Below are positions 49,538 through 59,388 of a DNA stretch of 64,000 nt, piece after piece (the stretch's first letter is position 1; each line of letters starts with the position of its first letter). Made by a program: the position numbers and the translations under genes. The stretch spans positions 930,001-994,000 of the forward strand of contig CAKKNE010000001.1 in NCBI GenBank assembly GCA_918797485.1. Reading direction: 5' to 3'. Source of the stretch: Pelagomonas calceolata. Its lineage: Eukaryota. The notes under the pieces were generated by a model. The model was not told the DNA's origin and ran no database searches. It was given only the letters and a program-made list of their open reading frames with translations.

Positions 49538-52102
49538 TTAAGAAAAGCTCTCGGAAATCGCCGACGAGTCGTCCCCCTCCGCCTCGGGCGCCGACGGCAG
49601 AGAAGACCGCCGCAACATACATTGAGCGTGCTGCGCCAACGCCACGCCCAACATCATCTCCATTCCCTCCGACTCCTCGCGCAAGGACTTCAGCGCCGCC
49701 CGCATCAAGGCCAGGCGCCGCGAGTCGCCTAAATCATTTCCCTTGGCTTCGACGGCATCCCTCTTTTCGTTCGCCTCCTCGACGACAACACCTAGTTGGT
49801 CCGTCTTCGTCGCGACGCTCTTCTCGAGATCGTCTCGTTGTTGCTCGATCTCCGCCAATGTCGATCGTAACTGCATGAGCTGGTCCTTTTTTTCGGAGTG
49901 GCGCTGATCAAGGACGCCCTCGCCTCGTCTAAGCTCCTCACACGCTCGTGAAGCGTCCTGAGCGACGACCTTCGTATATGCATAGACCTGGTCCATGGCC
50001 TGCCTCTTCTCTACGTTCGCCTTCGTGAGCAGCACCCTCCTCCTCCAGCTATCCTTCGCTACTGTTTTACTTGCGAGTCGAGGCCCGACCCTCTCCAGTT
50101 CCACTTTCCAGTCATTGACCGACGTCCGCGCCTGTAAGATGGCCCGGTCCTCATTCTCGTCGACCTCGCAGAACTTGGAATCCTCGGCGACGACGTAGTC
50201 CTCCTCGAGCAGGTCGTCCTCGACGTACGAGCCGCAGTCCTCCTGGATACCATCCTCGTCACTTTCGTCGTTGGCGTCTTCCACCTTGTCGACCTGGGAG
50301 TAGTCCGGCGGCTCTATTTTAATTGATTCGATCGCTTTTCTTGATAGAAAGTCGAGCACTTGAGTTGTCGATGCGCCATGACCCTTGGCCAGATCCGGCG
50401 GTCTCGCTTGGCCGGTGAATCCGACGGCGTGACACCTATTTAGTACCTCAGTCGCTTGCTGCGACGGCGCGGCCTCGCCCACTTCCCTCGCGTCGCCACC
50501 CACCAGACTAATCAGGAACAAACACGCCGAGCAGCAGTCCGCCCACTGGACGACCGGGGGAAGGTTGACCCCCGCGCCACTCAACGCGAAGTGCGTCCTT
50601 AGTAATGGAGGCTCGTGGTTTTCTCTCCTTTTAGAAGCGTAGCCGAGCACATATAACCTCTCAACAATGCTCTCGGAGGCGCCCAGCACCTCGTGGAAGG
50701 GCTGGTCCTCCTGGAGACGGCGCCGCCTCCGGTTCCCTTCCGACGCGGCCTTGGCCACGTCGTCGTCGTCGTCGATGGCCGCCGCGCGCGCGCGGCCGGC
50801 AGACAGGGGCCGCCGGCCGCCCGACGTCTGGGGGCGCTCCTCCTCCACAAAATCGTGCGTCGCCGGGGGCGTCGCCGCGGGCCGTCGACTCCCAGCGGAC
50901 GACGGTGGTCGCTCGTCTGGCGGGCTCGTCCGCCGCCGCCCCGAGCTCGTGCCCGGTCTAGCGTCGGCCCAGTCGTCGTCGCGTCGCGCACCGGCGGACG
51001 GCGGCCGCGCCGCGTCCGGCCTTCGGCCGCCGCTCGTGCCGGGCCGGGCGTCGGCGAAGCCGTCGCCCGACGCCGGCCGGTCCGGCCGCGACCGCCCGCC
51101 GCGCGTGCTCGGCCGCTCCGCCTCGCCCGACCGTGGCCGCTCCGCTTGCCCGGGCCAGCCGTCGGCCAGCGTCGCCTCCTTGGACTCGTCCCGATAGTTC
51201 CCGGGGTACTTCGCCTCCTCCGCGTGCCGCTTGGCGTCCGCCCGCGCCGCCGCCGCCGCGGACATGGTCTCCCGCCGCATCTTATTTGCTATTGATGTGA
51301 CGTGGGCGACGTCCGGGCGGTCCTTCGCGTCCACACTCAACATACTGACACAGAGCTCCCGTAGAGTACTAGAGTAGTGTTCAGGGGGTGGCGCGTAGTC
51401 GCCCTTGCTGATCTTCTGGAATAAGGAGTACAGATCCAAGCCTTCGGCCTTGAACGGCGACTTCAGCACGGCCAACTCGTACAGGACACAGCCCAGACTC
51501 CAGACATCGCTCTTCCAGTCGTAGCCATCTCCCCTCAGCACTTCGGGGGACATGTACAGCGGCGTCCCGACCTTCGAGTGGGCCTCGAAGGTGTGCTCGG
51601 ACATCATCCTCCCTAGCCCTAAATCGCCGACCTTGACCGTGCCGTCGAGCGTCAGGAAGACGTTCGCCGGTTTGAGGTCCCGGTGCAGGATGCGCCGCGA
51701 GTGCATGTGCGTGATCGCGTCGCAGATCTGCGAGAAGTACTTCCAGATGACCCTTTCTTCAAACGGTTTTCCCCGTTCATTGGCCTTTCTCACTTGCCTC
51801 TTCAAATCGCCGGCCGCCGCCCACTCGAAGACGATGATCAACTCGTCGCCATCTATCGAGCTGTCGAGGTACTGCACGATGTTGTCGTGCTGCAGCGATT
51901 GTAACAATCTAACTTCCTTGAGGCACTTTTCGCGCGCCTTGTCGTCCATGCTGTCCACCGAAATCTTCTTGACGGCGACGATGCTATCGTCCGACAGGCG
52001 TTTGGCCCGGTGCACGACCGCGAACTTGCCCTTGCCGATCGGTTTTATCAGTTCATACTTGTTGTCCATGATCGTCTGGGGCTGGGGGGCTGGCTCGGCC
52101 AT
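49538..52102 (-). CDS. NEK (NIMA-related) kinase fused to an IFT57-like domain
   Basis: IGKGKFAVV, HRDLKPANVFL, GDLGLGR, VGTPLYMSPE; C-terminal WKVELERVGPRL..KDSWR and coiled coil. Confidence 0.85.
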   Translation of the reverse strand: MAEPAPQPQTIMDNKYELIKPIGKGKFAVVHRAKRLSDDSIVAVKKISVDSMDDKAREKCLKEVRLLQSLQHDNIVQYLDSSIDGDELIIVFEWAAAGDLKRQVRKANERGKPFEERVIWKYFSQICDAITHMHSRRILHRDLKPANVFLTLDGTVKVGDLGLGRMMSEHTFEAHSKVGTPLYMSPEVLRGDGYDWKSDVWSLGCVLYELAVLKSPFKAEGLDLYSLFQKISKGDYAPPPEHYSSTLRELCVSMLSVDAKDRPDVAHVTSIANKMRRETMSAAAAARADAKRHAEEAKYPGNYRDESKEATLADGWPGQAERPRSGEAERPSTRGGRSRPDRPASGDGFADARPGTSGGRRPDAARPPSAGARRDDDWADARPGTSSGRRRTSPPDERPPSSAGSRRPAATPPATHDFVEEERPQTSGGRRPLSAGRARAAAIDDDDDVAKAASEGNRRRRRLQEDQPFHEVLGASESIVERLYVLGYASKRRENHEPPLLRTHFALSGAGVNLPPVVQWADCCSACLFLISLVGGDAREVGEAAPSQQATEVLNRCHAVGFTGQARPPDLAKGHGASTTQVLDFLSRKAIESIKIEPPDYSQVDKVEDANDESDEDGIQEDCGSYVEDDLLEEDYVVAEDSKFCEVDENEDRAILQARTSVNDWKVELERVGPRLASKTVAKDSWRRRVLLTKANVEKRQAMDQVYAYTKVVAQDASRACEELRRGEGVLDQRHSEKKDQLMQLRSTLAEIEQQRDDLEKSVATKTDQLGVVVEEANEKRDAVEAKGNDLGDSRRLALMRAALKSLREESEGMEMMLGVALAQHAQCMLRRSSLPSAPEAEGDDSSAISESFS

Positions 52103-52574
52103 GGCTGGCTGCCCTCCTCGGTGAGCGCCGCCCGGCTGCCCGCTTGTGTTCGTTGCGAGCCGCTGCTCGTGTTCTACGTGTGCGGCATGCTAGCCTTCAT
52201 CGCGCGCGCTCTGGCGTCGTCTGGCGTCTGGCAAACCAAAATCACTGTGCACCTGATTTGAGATGTTTAGCGGCGCGCGAGGCCTCGCGGTCTGCGGGCG
52301 ATACTCGTGATCGTAAGTATGCGTCCATCAGACTCGCTGGGATTTGCTCCAAAAACTCTAGAGCTCGAATCTAGCGTGTCGCCTCGAGCTCATCAGCTGC
52401 TCGACGCGTGACGCAGCGCATCGATCGTGCATCGCCGGGTATCGATAGCGCATCGCACCGGCTGGTACTGCTCGGCGGCGTCGCAGATCGGAAACCGCTG
52501 GCATCTATATTGCGCAAATCACTGCAGTGGCCTCACGCAGCTGACGCCGTCGGCGCGCAGACAGCATCACAACG

Positions 52575-54384
52575 ATGCTCCGAACAGCCGGCCGCATTAT
52601 AACAAGACGCGTCGCGCCGGCCACGGGCGCCACTCTGGCCGTAGGCTCCGCGGCCTTTTACGCGAGCGACCCCAAAACCGCGTCTAGAACGTATGTTTTG
52701 TTGACGGAGATGGCGCCCGTGATTCTAGCGTATCGGTTCGTCGAGAAGAAGCAACAAATACGGCGATATCTAAACCACGAGAACCCGCGACTGGAAGATG
52801 CCGAGTGGGAGTCACTACATAACAAGTACGCCAAAAGTACGGTAGATACGATGCGGCGCATGTTAGGATCGTATGTCAAACTAGGACAGTTTTTGGCGTT
52901 GCGGCCGGACATTGTCCCACAAGTCTGGACCGATGAGTTACGAACGCTGGAATCTGCCGTGCCCGCGCAAAGTACGGAATTAGTCCACGAGACCATACAA
53001 AGAGCCTACGGGAAGAATGTGAGCGAAGTTTTCGCGACCTTTGACGACAAACCCGTCGGGAGCGCGTCCATCGGCCAGGTCCACAAAGCTACATTAAAAG
53101 ACGGCACTCGCGTGGCAGTAAAGGTCCAGTACGGTGCCGGCAACGAACAAGTGATGAGGAATGACATCAAACACGGCAAGGAGCTGTTTAAGTGGCTCGC
53201 TCCCGAACAAGTCGCCGTCCTCGACGAGGTCGAGGCGCAGTTCGCGACCGAGTTCGACTACCGCCGGGAGGCGTCCCATTTGTCAGCAGTCAGAAATAAT
53301 CTACGAAAGGCGGGTTTCCTGGGCAGTTGGTGGCGGAGAGGTGTCGTCGATATTCCAGAACCGATCAGCGAGATGTGCACGAAGGAAGTGCTGGTGATGA
53401 AATTTCTCGAGGGCGACAATTTGGTCGACGGCATCCGAGCACTCGGCGAGCGCGCGGCTCGTAGGCAAGGCCTCACGTTAGATGACTTGAAAAGAGATAT
53501 GTTGATAAATTTTGAGCGCGAGGGCTACCCGGAGCCGTACAGTACTGTGTGGAAATCAAATTTCGGGCGCCCACGCCATCGACGCGATGTCGTCCCCGTA
53601 ACTGCATCTGCTCGATGGCGTGGGGATTCTACGCCATCGACGCGACGTTGACCACGTAACTGCGGCAGCTCTATGGCGTGAGAACTCAACTGGTTGATTC
53701 CCACACAGGTACAGTGGGCCGTCCCCGTTCGTCATCGAGGCGTACCGCTACGCCGATCGCGTGAAGTGCTCGCTCGTGAACGTGGGCGTGCTTTTACGAA
53801 GAAGAGTGTTAGGTCACGACGTGGCGTACGCGGAACCGTTGCTGACGGATTTTAACCCCGCGCGCGTCATGTCGACGTTGTGTCGGGTGCACGGCCACGA
53901 GCTGTTGAAGGATGGTTTGTTTAATGGAGATCCTCATGCTGGTAACTTCCTACTGTTACGAGATGGGCGCATAGGCTGCATCGACTACGGCCAGGTGAAG
54001 AAGCTCACGACGGAAGAGCGCCACTGGCTCTGCAAAGTTTATTTGGCGTTGCGCGACGACGACGCGGATCGATTAAGAGCACTAGCGAAGGAGATCGGCA
54101 TGCGAACGAGGTACAACCTCGACTACACGCGGCAAAAAATGCTCACTTTCGCGCTCGATAGAGATGGAAGGGACGTCACTGACGGCCTGAATTTCCAGCA
54201 GTTCCTCGACAAGATGTTCGCGGCCGACCCGTGGGATGAAGTCGTGCCGGTGGTCATCATGCCTTCTCGCTTGTGCATGTTTCTGCGAGGTATTGGATTG
54301 ATGATGGACCACCCTTTATCATTGGTGAAGGAGTTCGCGCCGATCGCGGAAAGGGTGCTGCGCGAGGAGGGCGTCGATTTTTAG
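52575..54384 (+). CDS. ABC1/UbiB/ADCK atypical kinase; 172-bp introner intron 53537-53708
   Basis: YVKLGQFL, GSASIGQVH, VAVKVQ, EFDYRREA, FNGDPHAGN, IDYGQVK. Confidence 0.92.
53545..53708 (+). mobile_element. Introner element (164 bp); TSD GTACAGTA/GTACAGTG
   Basis: ctgtgtggaaatcaa...ttgattcccacacag; TSD copies at 53537-53544 and 53709-53716. Confidence 0.93.
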
Positions 54385-54395
54385 TGTATGTTAAC

Positions 54396-55127
54396 TTAGA
54401 TTACTTTCCCTTCCCCGCTCCTACCGGCTTCCTCGTCCGCGGCGTCGGCCGCGCTCATCGTGTCCTTGTCGTCGGATTTGTTCGGCGCGTCCGCCGGCAC
54501 GGCCGAGGGCGACACGATGATGCGAAACGAATTGTGCGGCGCGCCGTCCTTCTTCGCGTAGACGCACGCCTCGAGGCGATCCCCGAAGCCCATCTGCGAC
54601 AACGGCTCGACGACCTCCTGATCTAAGAAAGTAGCAGGGTCTGAATTGAAATCGGGCAACAAACAAAGAATACCACTATCTTCTTTTTCATCTTTAAATA
54701 GTTCAGCCAAAGCGGGCCACACCGTCTCCGACACTGCCACTTCATCAGAACCGCCACAAACTCTCGAGTGGGAAATGGCCAGCATCTTCCGGCCCTCTTC
54801 GATGAAGTCGTCAAATTCATCGCCGAGCGGCGCCGCTTCATCGGTGTAGTCGGCCATCATGGACTTCTTCATCAACTCGGTGTGCATGTAGTCGACGAGC
54901 GCGGAAATCTTCTTCTGGTCGTCGAGCGAGTTGTCCGGCAACGCGTCGCCAGCGTAACTCTTGAGCGCGCCGTCCGTCACACCGTCGTAGAACAGCTTGG
55001 CGGCGCTCCGGTCGGCCAGGAAGCTGTCGAGGGAGGCCTGCAGCCTGGTCCGCGGCCTCGCCGGCGTGGCGCGCGGCACGAGCGCGACGGCGCCGCCGAT
55101 GACCAGTAATGCGGTTGGTCGTCGCAT
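54396..55127 (-). CDS. Hypothetical protein, probably plastid-targeted
   Basis: Signal + transit-like N-terminus, acidic globular body. Confidence 0.65.
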   Translation of the reverse strand: MRRPTALLVIGGAVALVPRATPARPRTRLQASLDSFLADRSAAKLFYDGVTDGALKSYAGDALPDNSLDDQKKISALVDYMHTELMKKSMMADYTDEAAPLGDEFDDFIEEGRKMLAISHSRVCGGSDEVAVSETVWPALAELFKDEKEDSGILCLLPDFNSDPATFLDQEVVEPLSQMGFGDRLEACVYAKKDGAPHNSFRIIVSPSAVPADAPNKSDDKDTMSAADAADEEAGRSGEGKVI

Positions 55128-55281
55128 TTTGACGAGCAATGCTGGACGTATTGCGCGCCAGCACCCAGCCTTGCCAGCTTGCGTTTTTGGGAGCGCCAGT
55201 TGACTCGTCTCTTTTCGAGGCTAAACGTCTTCGAGAGACAAAACCATTCCTCTATTCGTATGAAACTCTAAATTTTTTAAA

Positions 55282-55299
55282 GCTAGTGTCTTAAGCTAG
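55282..55299. promoter_or_regulatory. Conserved CTAG element
   Basis: gctagtgtcttaagctag in a divergent intergenic region. Confidence 0.5.
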
Positions 55300-55443
55300 A
55301 GTTTCAAGCCTTCCACATCGACTCAAAAGCAGCTTGCCCGCCGCTCTCGCACGCCTGGTTACGCACTCCACGAGCTATCGATTGGAGCCATGCGCAGCGC
55401 TGCGACGACGCCGCACGATTCCACTCGTCCTGGCAGGAGCTCC

Positions 55444-56719
55444 ATGTTGCCCAGCCTGCTGCTCCTCGCGACGACGAGCGCCCTCGTCCTGCCGCCACGA
55501 GCAGCACCGACGCACACAAAACTCCGAGCAGCGGTCCTCGACCCCTTGAATGCGGAGGACCTCGGGGATAGTGCCACGGTCCCGGAGCTCGCCGAGGCCG
55601 TCGCGCACAAGGGCGCCGCGGACGTCACCGCGTTATCCTTACTGGAAGAGATCCGGGGCCTGAAGTTCTTTTCGCTCTACTCCATTGATCTACTCGCAAA
55701 TTGCGCGTATTTGGGCGGGGCGCCCGAAGAGTGCGAATTCGACGCATGTGAGGTCCTACCGGTCGACCCCGTGCCTCTGCACCTCATGGAGCGCGACCGG
55801 AAGGAGCGGGGTTTCGAATTGGATGCCTGGGCGCGCTTCGACCTGCCTTCTGAAGATTATTATGATTTGGAGGAGTATCCCGAGGGCTATACTGGTTATG
55901 ATGGGAGTAGCGTGTGGAAGTTTTTGTACGAGAACCTAACCTTCGGCAAGGAAGCGATCGAGGAAGAAAACGACCCGAACGGCTGGCACAACGTCTTCGA
56001 CAGAGCTGTCAGTGGGTTGCATGCGTCGATCGCGTGCCACGTCGTCGACGACTACTCGGGTCCGCGGGCCAGTGTCTGACGCGTCACCGCGACCGCCCGC
56101 GCTCCACGCCATCGCCGCAACCCATCCCCGCGCAGACGACGACGACGAGTGCGCCGCGGAATACAAGAGGCGTATTGCTTGCGATCCGGAACGACTGTCG
56201 AACCTGCGCTTCGCCTTCGCGATCGTATTAGCTGGAGTGAGGGAGTCGAAACAGGCGATGCAAAAAACCCGTTTTGACGAGGATGCGAAGATCGACGCGT
56301 CGACGCGGGAACTCGTCCAGGGCTTGTTTGACGACCACTCCTTCATGGACGGCGAGAACATCAAGCGGGTCGCGCCGTTACTGCGAGCCGCGGCAGCCCA
56401 AGCGTCGGAGTGCTCCGTGTTGACCAATGAGGACGACGACGAGTGGCTCGAGGAGACGGGCGTCTGGCAGGTGCGGCAGCGCTCTCGAGCGGTATTGCGC
56501 CTCTTCGACTGCGTGCAGTGCGGCGCGTGCCGCATCCACGGCAAGGTGGCTTGGTTCGGGGTCGCGACGGCTCTGAAACTCATCTACTCGGACGCGTCGA
56601 CGCGGCCACTCTGTCGGGTGGAAGTGGCGGCTCTGTTGACGACTCTCGCAAAGCTAGCAACAGCGGTACGCTTCGCGGAGGAGATGGAGGAGATATGTTG
56701 CGAGCAGGCGGCGGCGTAA
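55444..56719 (+). CDS. ERO1-like oxidoreductin; intron 56060-56135
   Basis: YYDLEEYPEGYTGYDG..VW, VSGLHASI, PERLSNL, FDCVQCGACRIHGKV. Confidence 0.85.
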
Positions 56720-56919
56720 GTGTTATTATGGTAGTTGTTTCCCGGTCGCCGCGACGGCGCGAGGGTGACGCCATCGCCGCGACAGCGCGTCGACTGACTG
56801 ACTACTAGCCGACGCGACTCTCGGAGGTAGTTCTCTCTTACGGTCCTAGCTTCCAGCAGGCTCAACAACAGGCCAACGTGACCGGCATGGGGCTCGGCGA
56901 CGATGGCTTCGTGGTCGAC

Positions 56920-57459
56920 TCATCGCAGGCCGAGCGCCTGCCTCAACAGAGGCACGATGTCGCGCTCCTCGCAGGTCTCGACGACTTTGGCGGACGGCTG
57001 CATCTGTAAAACCTTGGCGCGGTAGTCGTCGAGGGACCATCCAGCTGTCTCAGCGTTGCCGCCGGGGATCGGCTTGCGTGCGGCGCTCCACCGACACGCC
57101 CCGGGCGCGAAAAACACAGCGTCGTACTTTTTTGAGGACCCGAGCAGCTCGAAGAACGCATCGTCCTGCGTCGCCGCCTCGATGGTCACGCCTCCCAACA
57201 AAGGCGGCAGCATCTGGCCCGCGCGTTCGGCCATGACGGGGTCGCAGCCGCGCACGAGGATCGTCTTCGAGGACGCGTCGTCGGCGTCAGTGCAGGTCGC
57301 CCCCTCGCCGATGTCGGCCATCATGCGGTCGCGCGCGGAGTTGCGCGCTTGTTCCGCTTGTGTGAGGGCCGCGTCGGCGGCGGCTTGCCCAGGGTCAGCC
57401 ATGGCTCGCACAGACAGACGGGACGATGTGATCGATGCCGCCGCGAGCAGGAGGAGCAT
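56920..57459 (-). CDS. Hypothetical protein
   Basis: Signal-like N-terminus; YDAVFFAPGACRW. Confidence 0.6.
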   Translation of the reverse strand: MLLLLAAASITSSRLSVRAMADPGQAAADAALTQAEQARNSARDRMMADIGEGATCTDADDASSKTILVRGCDPVMAERAGQMLPPLLGGVTIEAATQDDAFFELLGSSKKYDAVFFAPGACRWSAARKPIPGGNAETAGWSLDDYRAKVLQMQPSAKVVETCEERDIVPLLRQALGLR

Positions 57460-57917
57460 GCGCGGCGGGCGTAGCTGCCTCGATGCGTTCGACTGGCGGC
57501 AAGTCGGGCTGCCCGAGTCGTTGCTTGGCAGCACAGCGCCGGCTCCCCGTGAATGCTAGTATGTCTCGCAATGTTAGCATTATATGCTCTCCAGCGCAGC
57601 AGCGCTTCTCCCTGATTTTTCCACGCTCAGCGCCCCGTTGTGCACCGCATCGCAGGCAGAGGACTCAATCCTCTCGCTCTATCGCTCGGGCACGCTTGGA
57701 ACGAAGTTAAATCGTCGCCACGCGAGCAATCACCACAACAGCGCAGCGCACTGAGTTGGTTCGAACGCCGCGAGGGTCGAACTCCGTGCTGCCGCAGTCT
57801 CGCAGGGGTTACTTTACTCCGTCGCGGACGCACCTATACCAACGCGCCACCATCCTCGCGCTGCTCGCGGTCCGAGCCGCTGCCTGGCGCCCAACACCTG
57901 TCAGGACACAGATAAGA

Positions 57918-59188
57918 ATGGTCGAAGGCCACTCCGTCCACCGCGTGGCGGCGCGCCACCGCCAAAAACTCGTCGGCAAAAAGTTCGCGTGCACGTCCCC
58001 GAACGGCCGGTTCACAGAAGGAGCTGCCGCCATCAGCAACAAGCCCTTCCGCGCGATCGAGGCCGTCGGCAAGAACCTCTTCGCATGGTTCGGCAGCGGC
58101 GGCGCCGACGACGTCTGCGTGCACGTCCACTTTGGCATGGCGGGCAACTGGGCGGTCTTCGAGAGCGACGCCAACGGCAACGTGCACGAGCCGGCGACGA
58201 CGGCGACGACAAGACTCAGGATGGAAGGCGGCGGCGTCGTTTCCCACCTAAGTGCGATGACCGTGAAGCACGGCTCGCGCGCGGGGCTCTACGAGCCGAA
58301 GCGCGCGACGCTCGGCGAAGATCCGCTGCGCGAGGACGCCGACGTGCGCCTCCGAGTCAGAAGAGTCAAGTTCCTTTGTTTCGCCCGCGCGTGTGCCCCC
58401 GACGACGTCTCACACAGGTGGAGCGGCTCTGGCGCAAGGTCTCGAAGTCCAAGAAAAGCATCGGCGCCCTCATCATGGACCAGTCGTGCTTCTGTGGCCC
58501 GGGCAACATCTATCGCGCGGAGATTCTGTTCAAAGCTCGTATCCACCCCGACCAGCTGGGCAAGGACCTCTCGCGCGCCGAGTTCGACAAGGTGTGGCGC
58601 CACAGCGTGGAGCTGTTGCAGCGCGGCTTTCGGGAGGGCTCCATCCTCACGGTTGATCCTGCGGATGACGCGCGGTACGGCCCCGACCTCCGCCGCTACG
58701 TCTACAACAAGTCCCGTTGCCCCATTTGTCGCGGTCCCGTGATGTCGTGGGACATCCAGACGCGGACGGCCTACGCTTGCCTCGCCTGCCAGCCGCTGCG
58801 CACGGTCCAGGAGGCGCCACCGTCGCCGAAGAAGTCTAAGAAGCGCCCCGCCGCGTCGACGCCCACCAAGGCCAAGAAGGCGAAGCCGACGCCGGTCAAG
58901 CGCTTCCGCTCGCACTGTGTGGAGGACGCCGCCAGCGACATGTCCCCCGAGATGCTGACGGTCAAGGAGCTCAAGGCGAAGCTCAAGGCGCACGGAGCGC
59001 CCACGGACGGGCTCAAGTCGGTGCTCGTGGCGCGGCTGACGGCCCTGGTGGAGCCGACGATGCGCTCGGCCGAGGACGCGGCGGCCGACCGCGCGCGGGC
59101 GGGCGAGTCTCGCGCGGTCGAGCACGTCGCCGACCTCCACCCGACGCAAGCCGTGCGCGCGGCGCGGAAGGCGCGCGCGCGCAAGTGA
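57918..59188 (+). CDS. Fpg/Nei-family DNA glycosylase with zinc finger and SAP domain; intron 58344-58417
   Basis: MVEGHSVHR, GKNLF, HFGMAG, LIMDQ..GPGNIYRAEILF (H2TH), CPIC..CLACQ, SAP LTVKELKAKLK. Confidence 0.9.
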
Positions 59189-59301
59189 TGTGGGCCGCGC
59201 GCTGGTCATAACCTGGAGGTATTCATGCATAAAAATTCTTGCGAAACCTCGCGCTTAGGTAACCTACGCGTATATCTGAAACCTGCGCTTGCTTGCGCGC
59301 C

Positions 59302-59323
59302 CTAGCGGCCTGTAAGACACTAG
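59302..59323. promoter_or_regulatory. Conserved CTAG element (reverse orientation)
   Basis: ctagcggcctgtaagacactag about 65 bp upstream of the ATG at 59389. Confidence 0.55.
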
Positions 59324-59388
59324 GGATCCCTACCCAGAAGGAGATCACACGGAAGGGCAGCCATTTAGGCTGCCTCCGCGTGTGAGAG

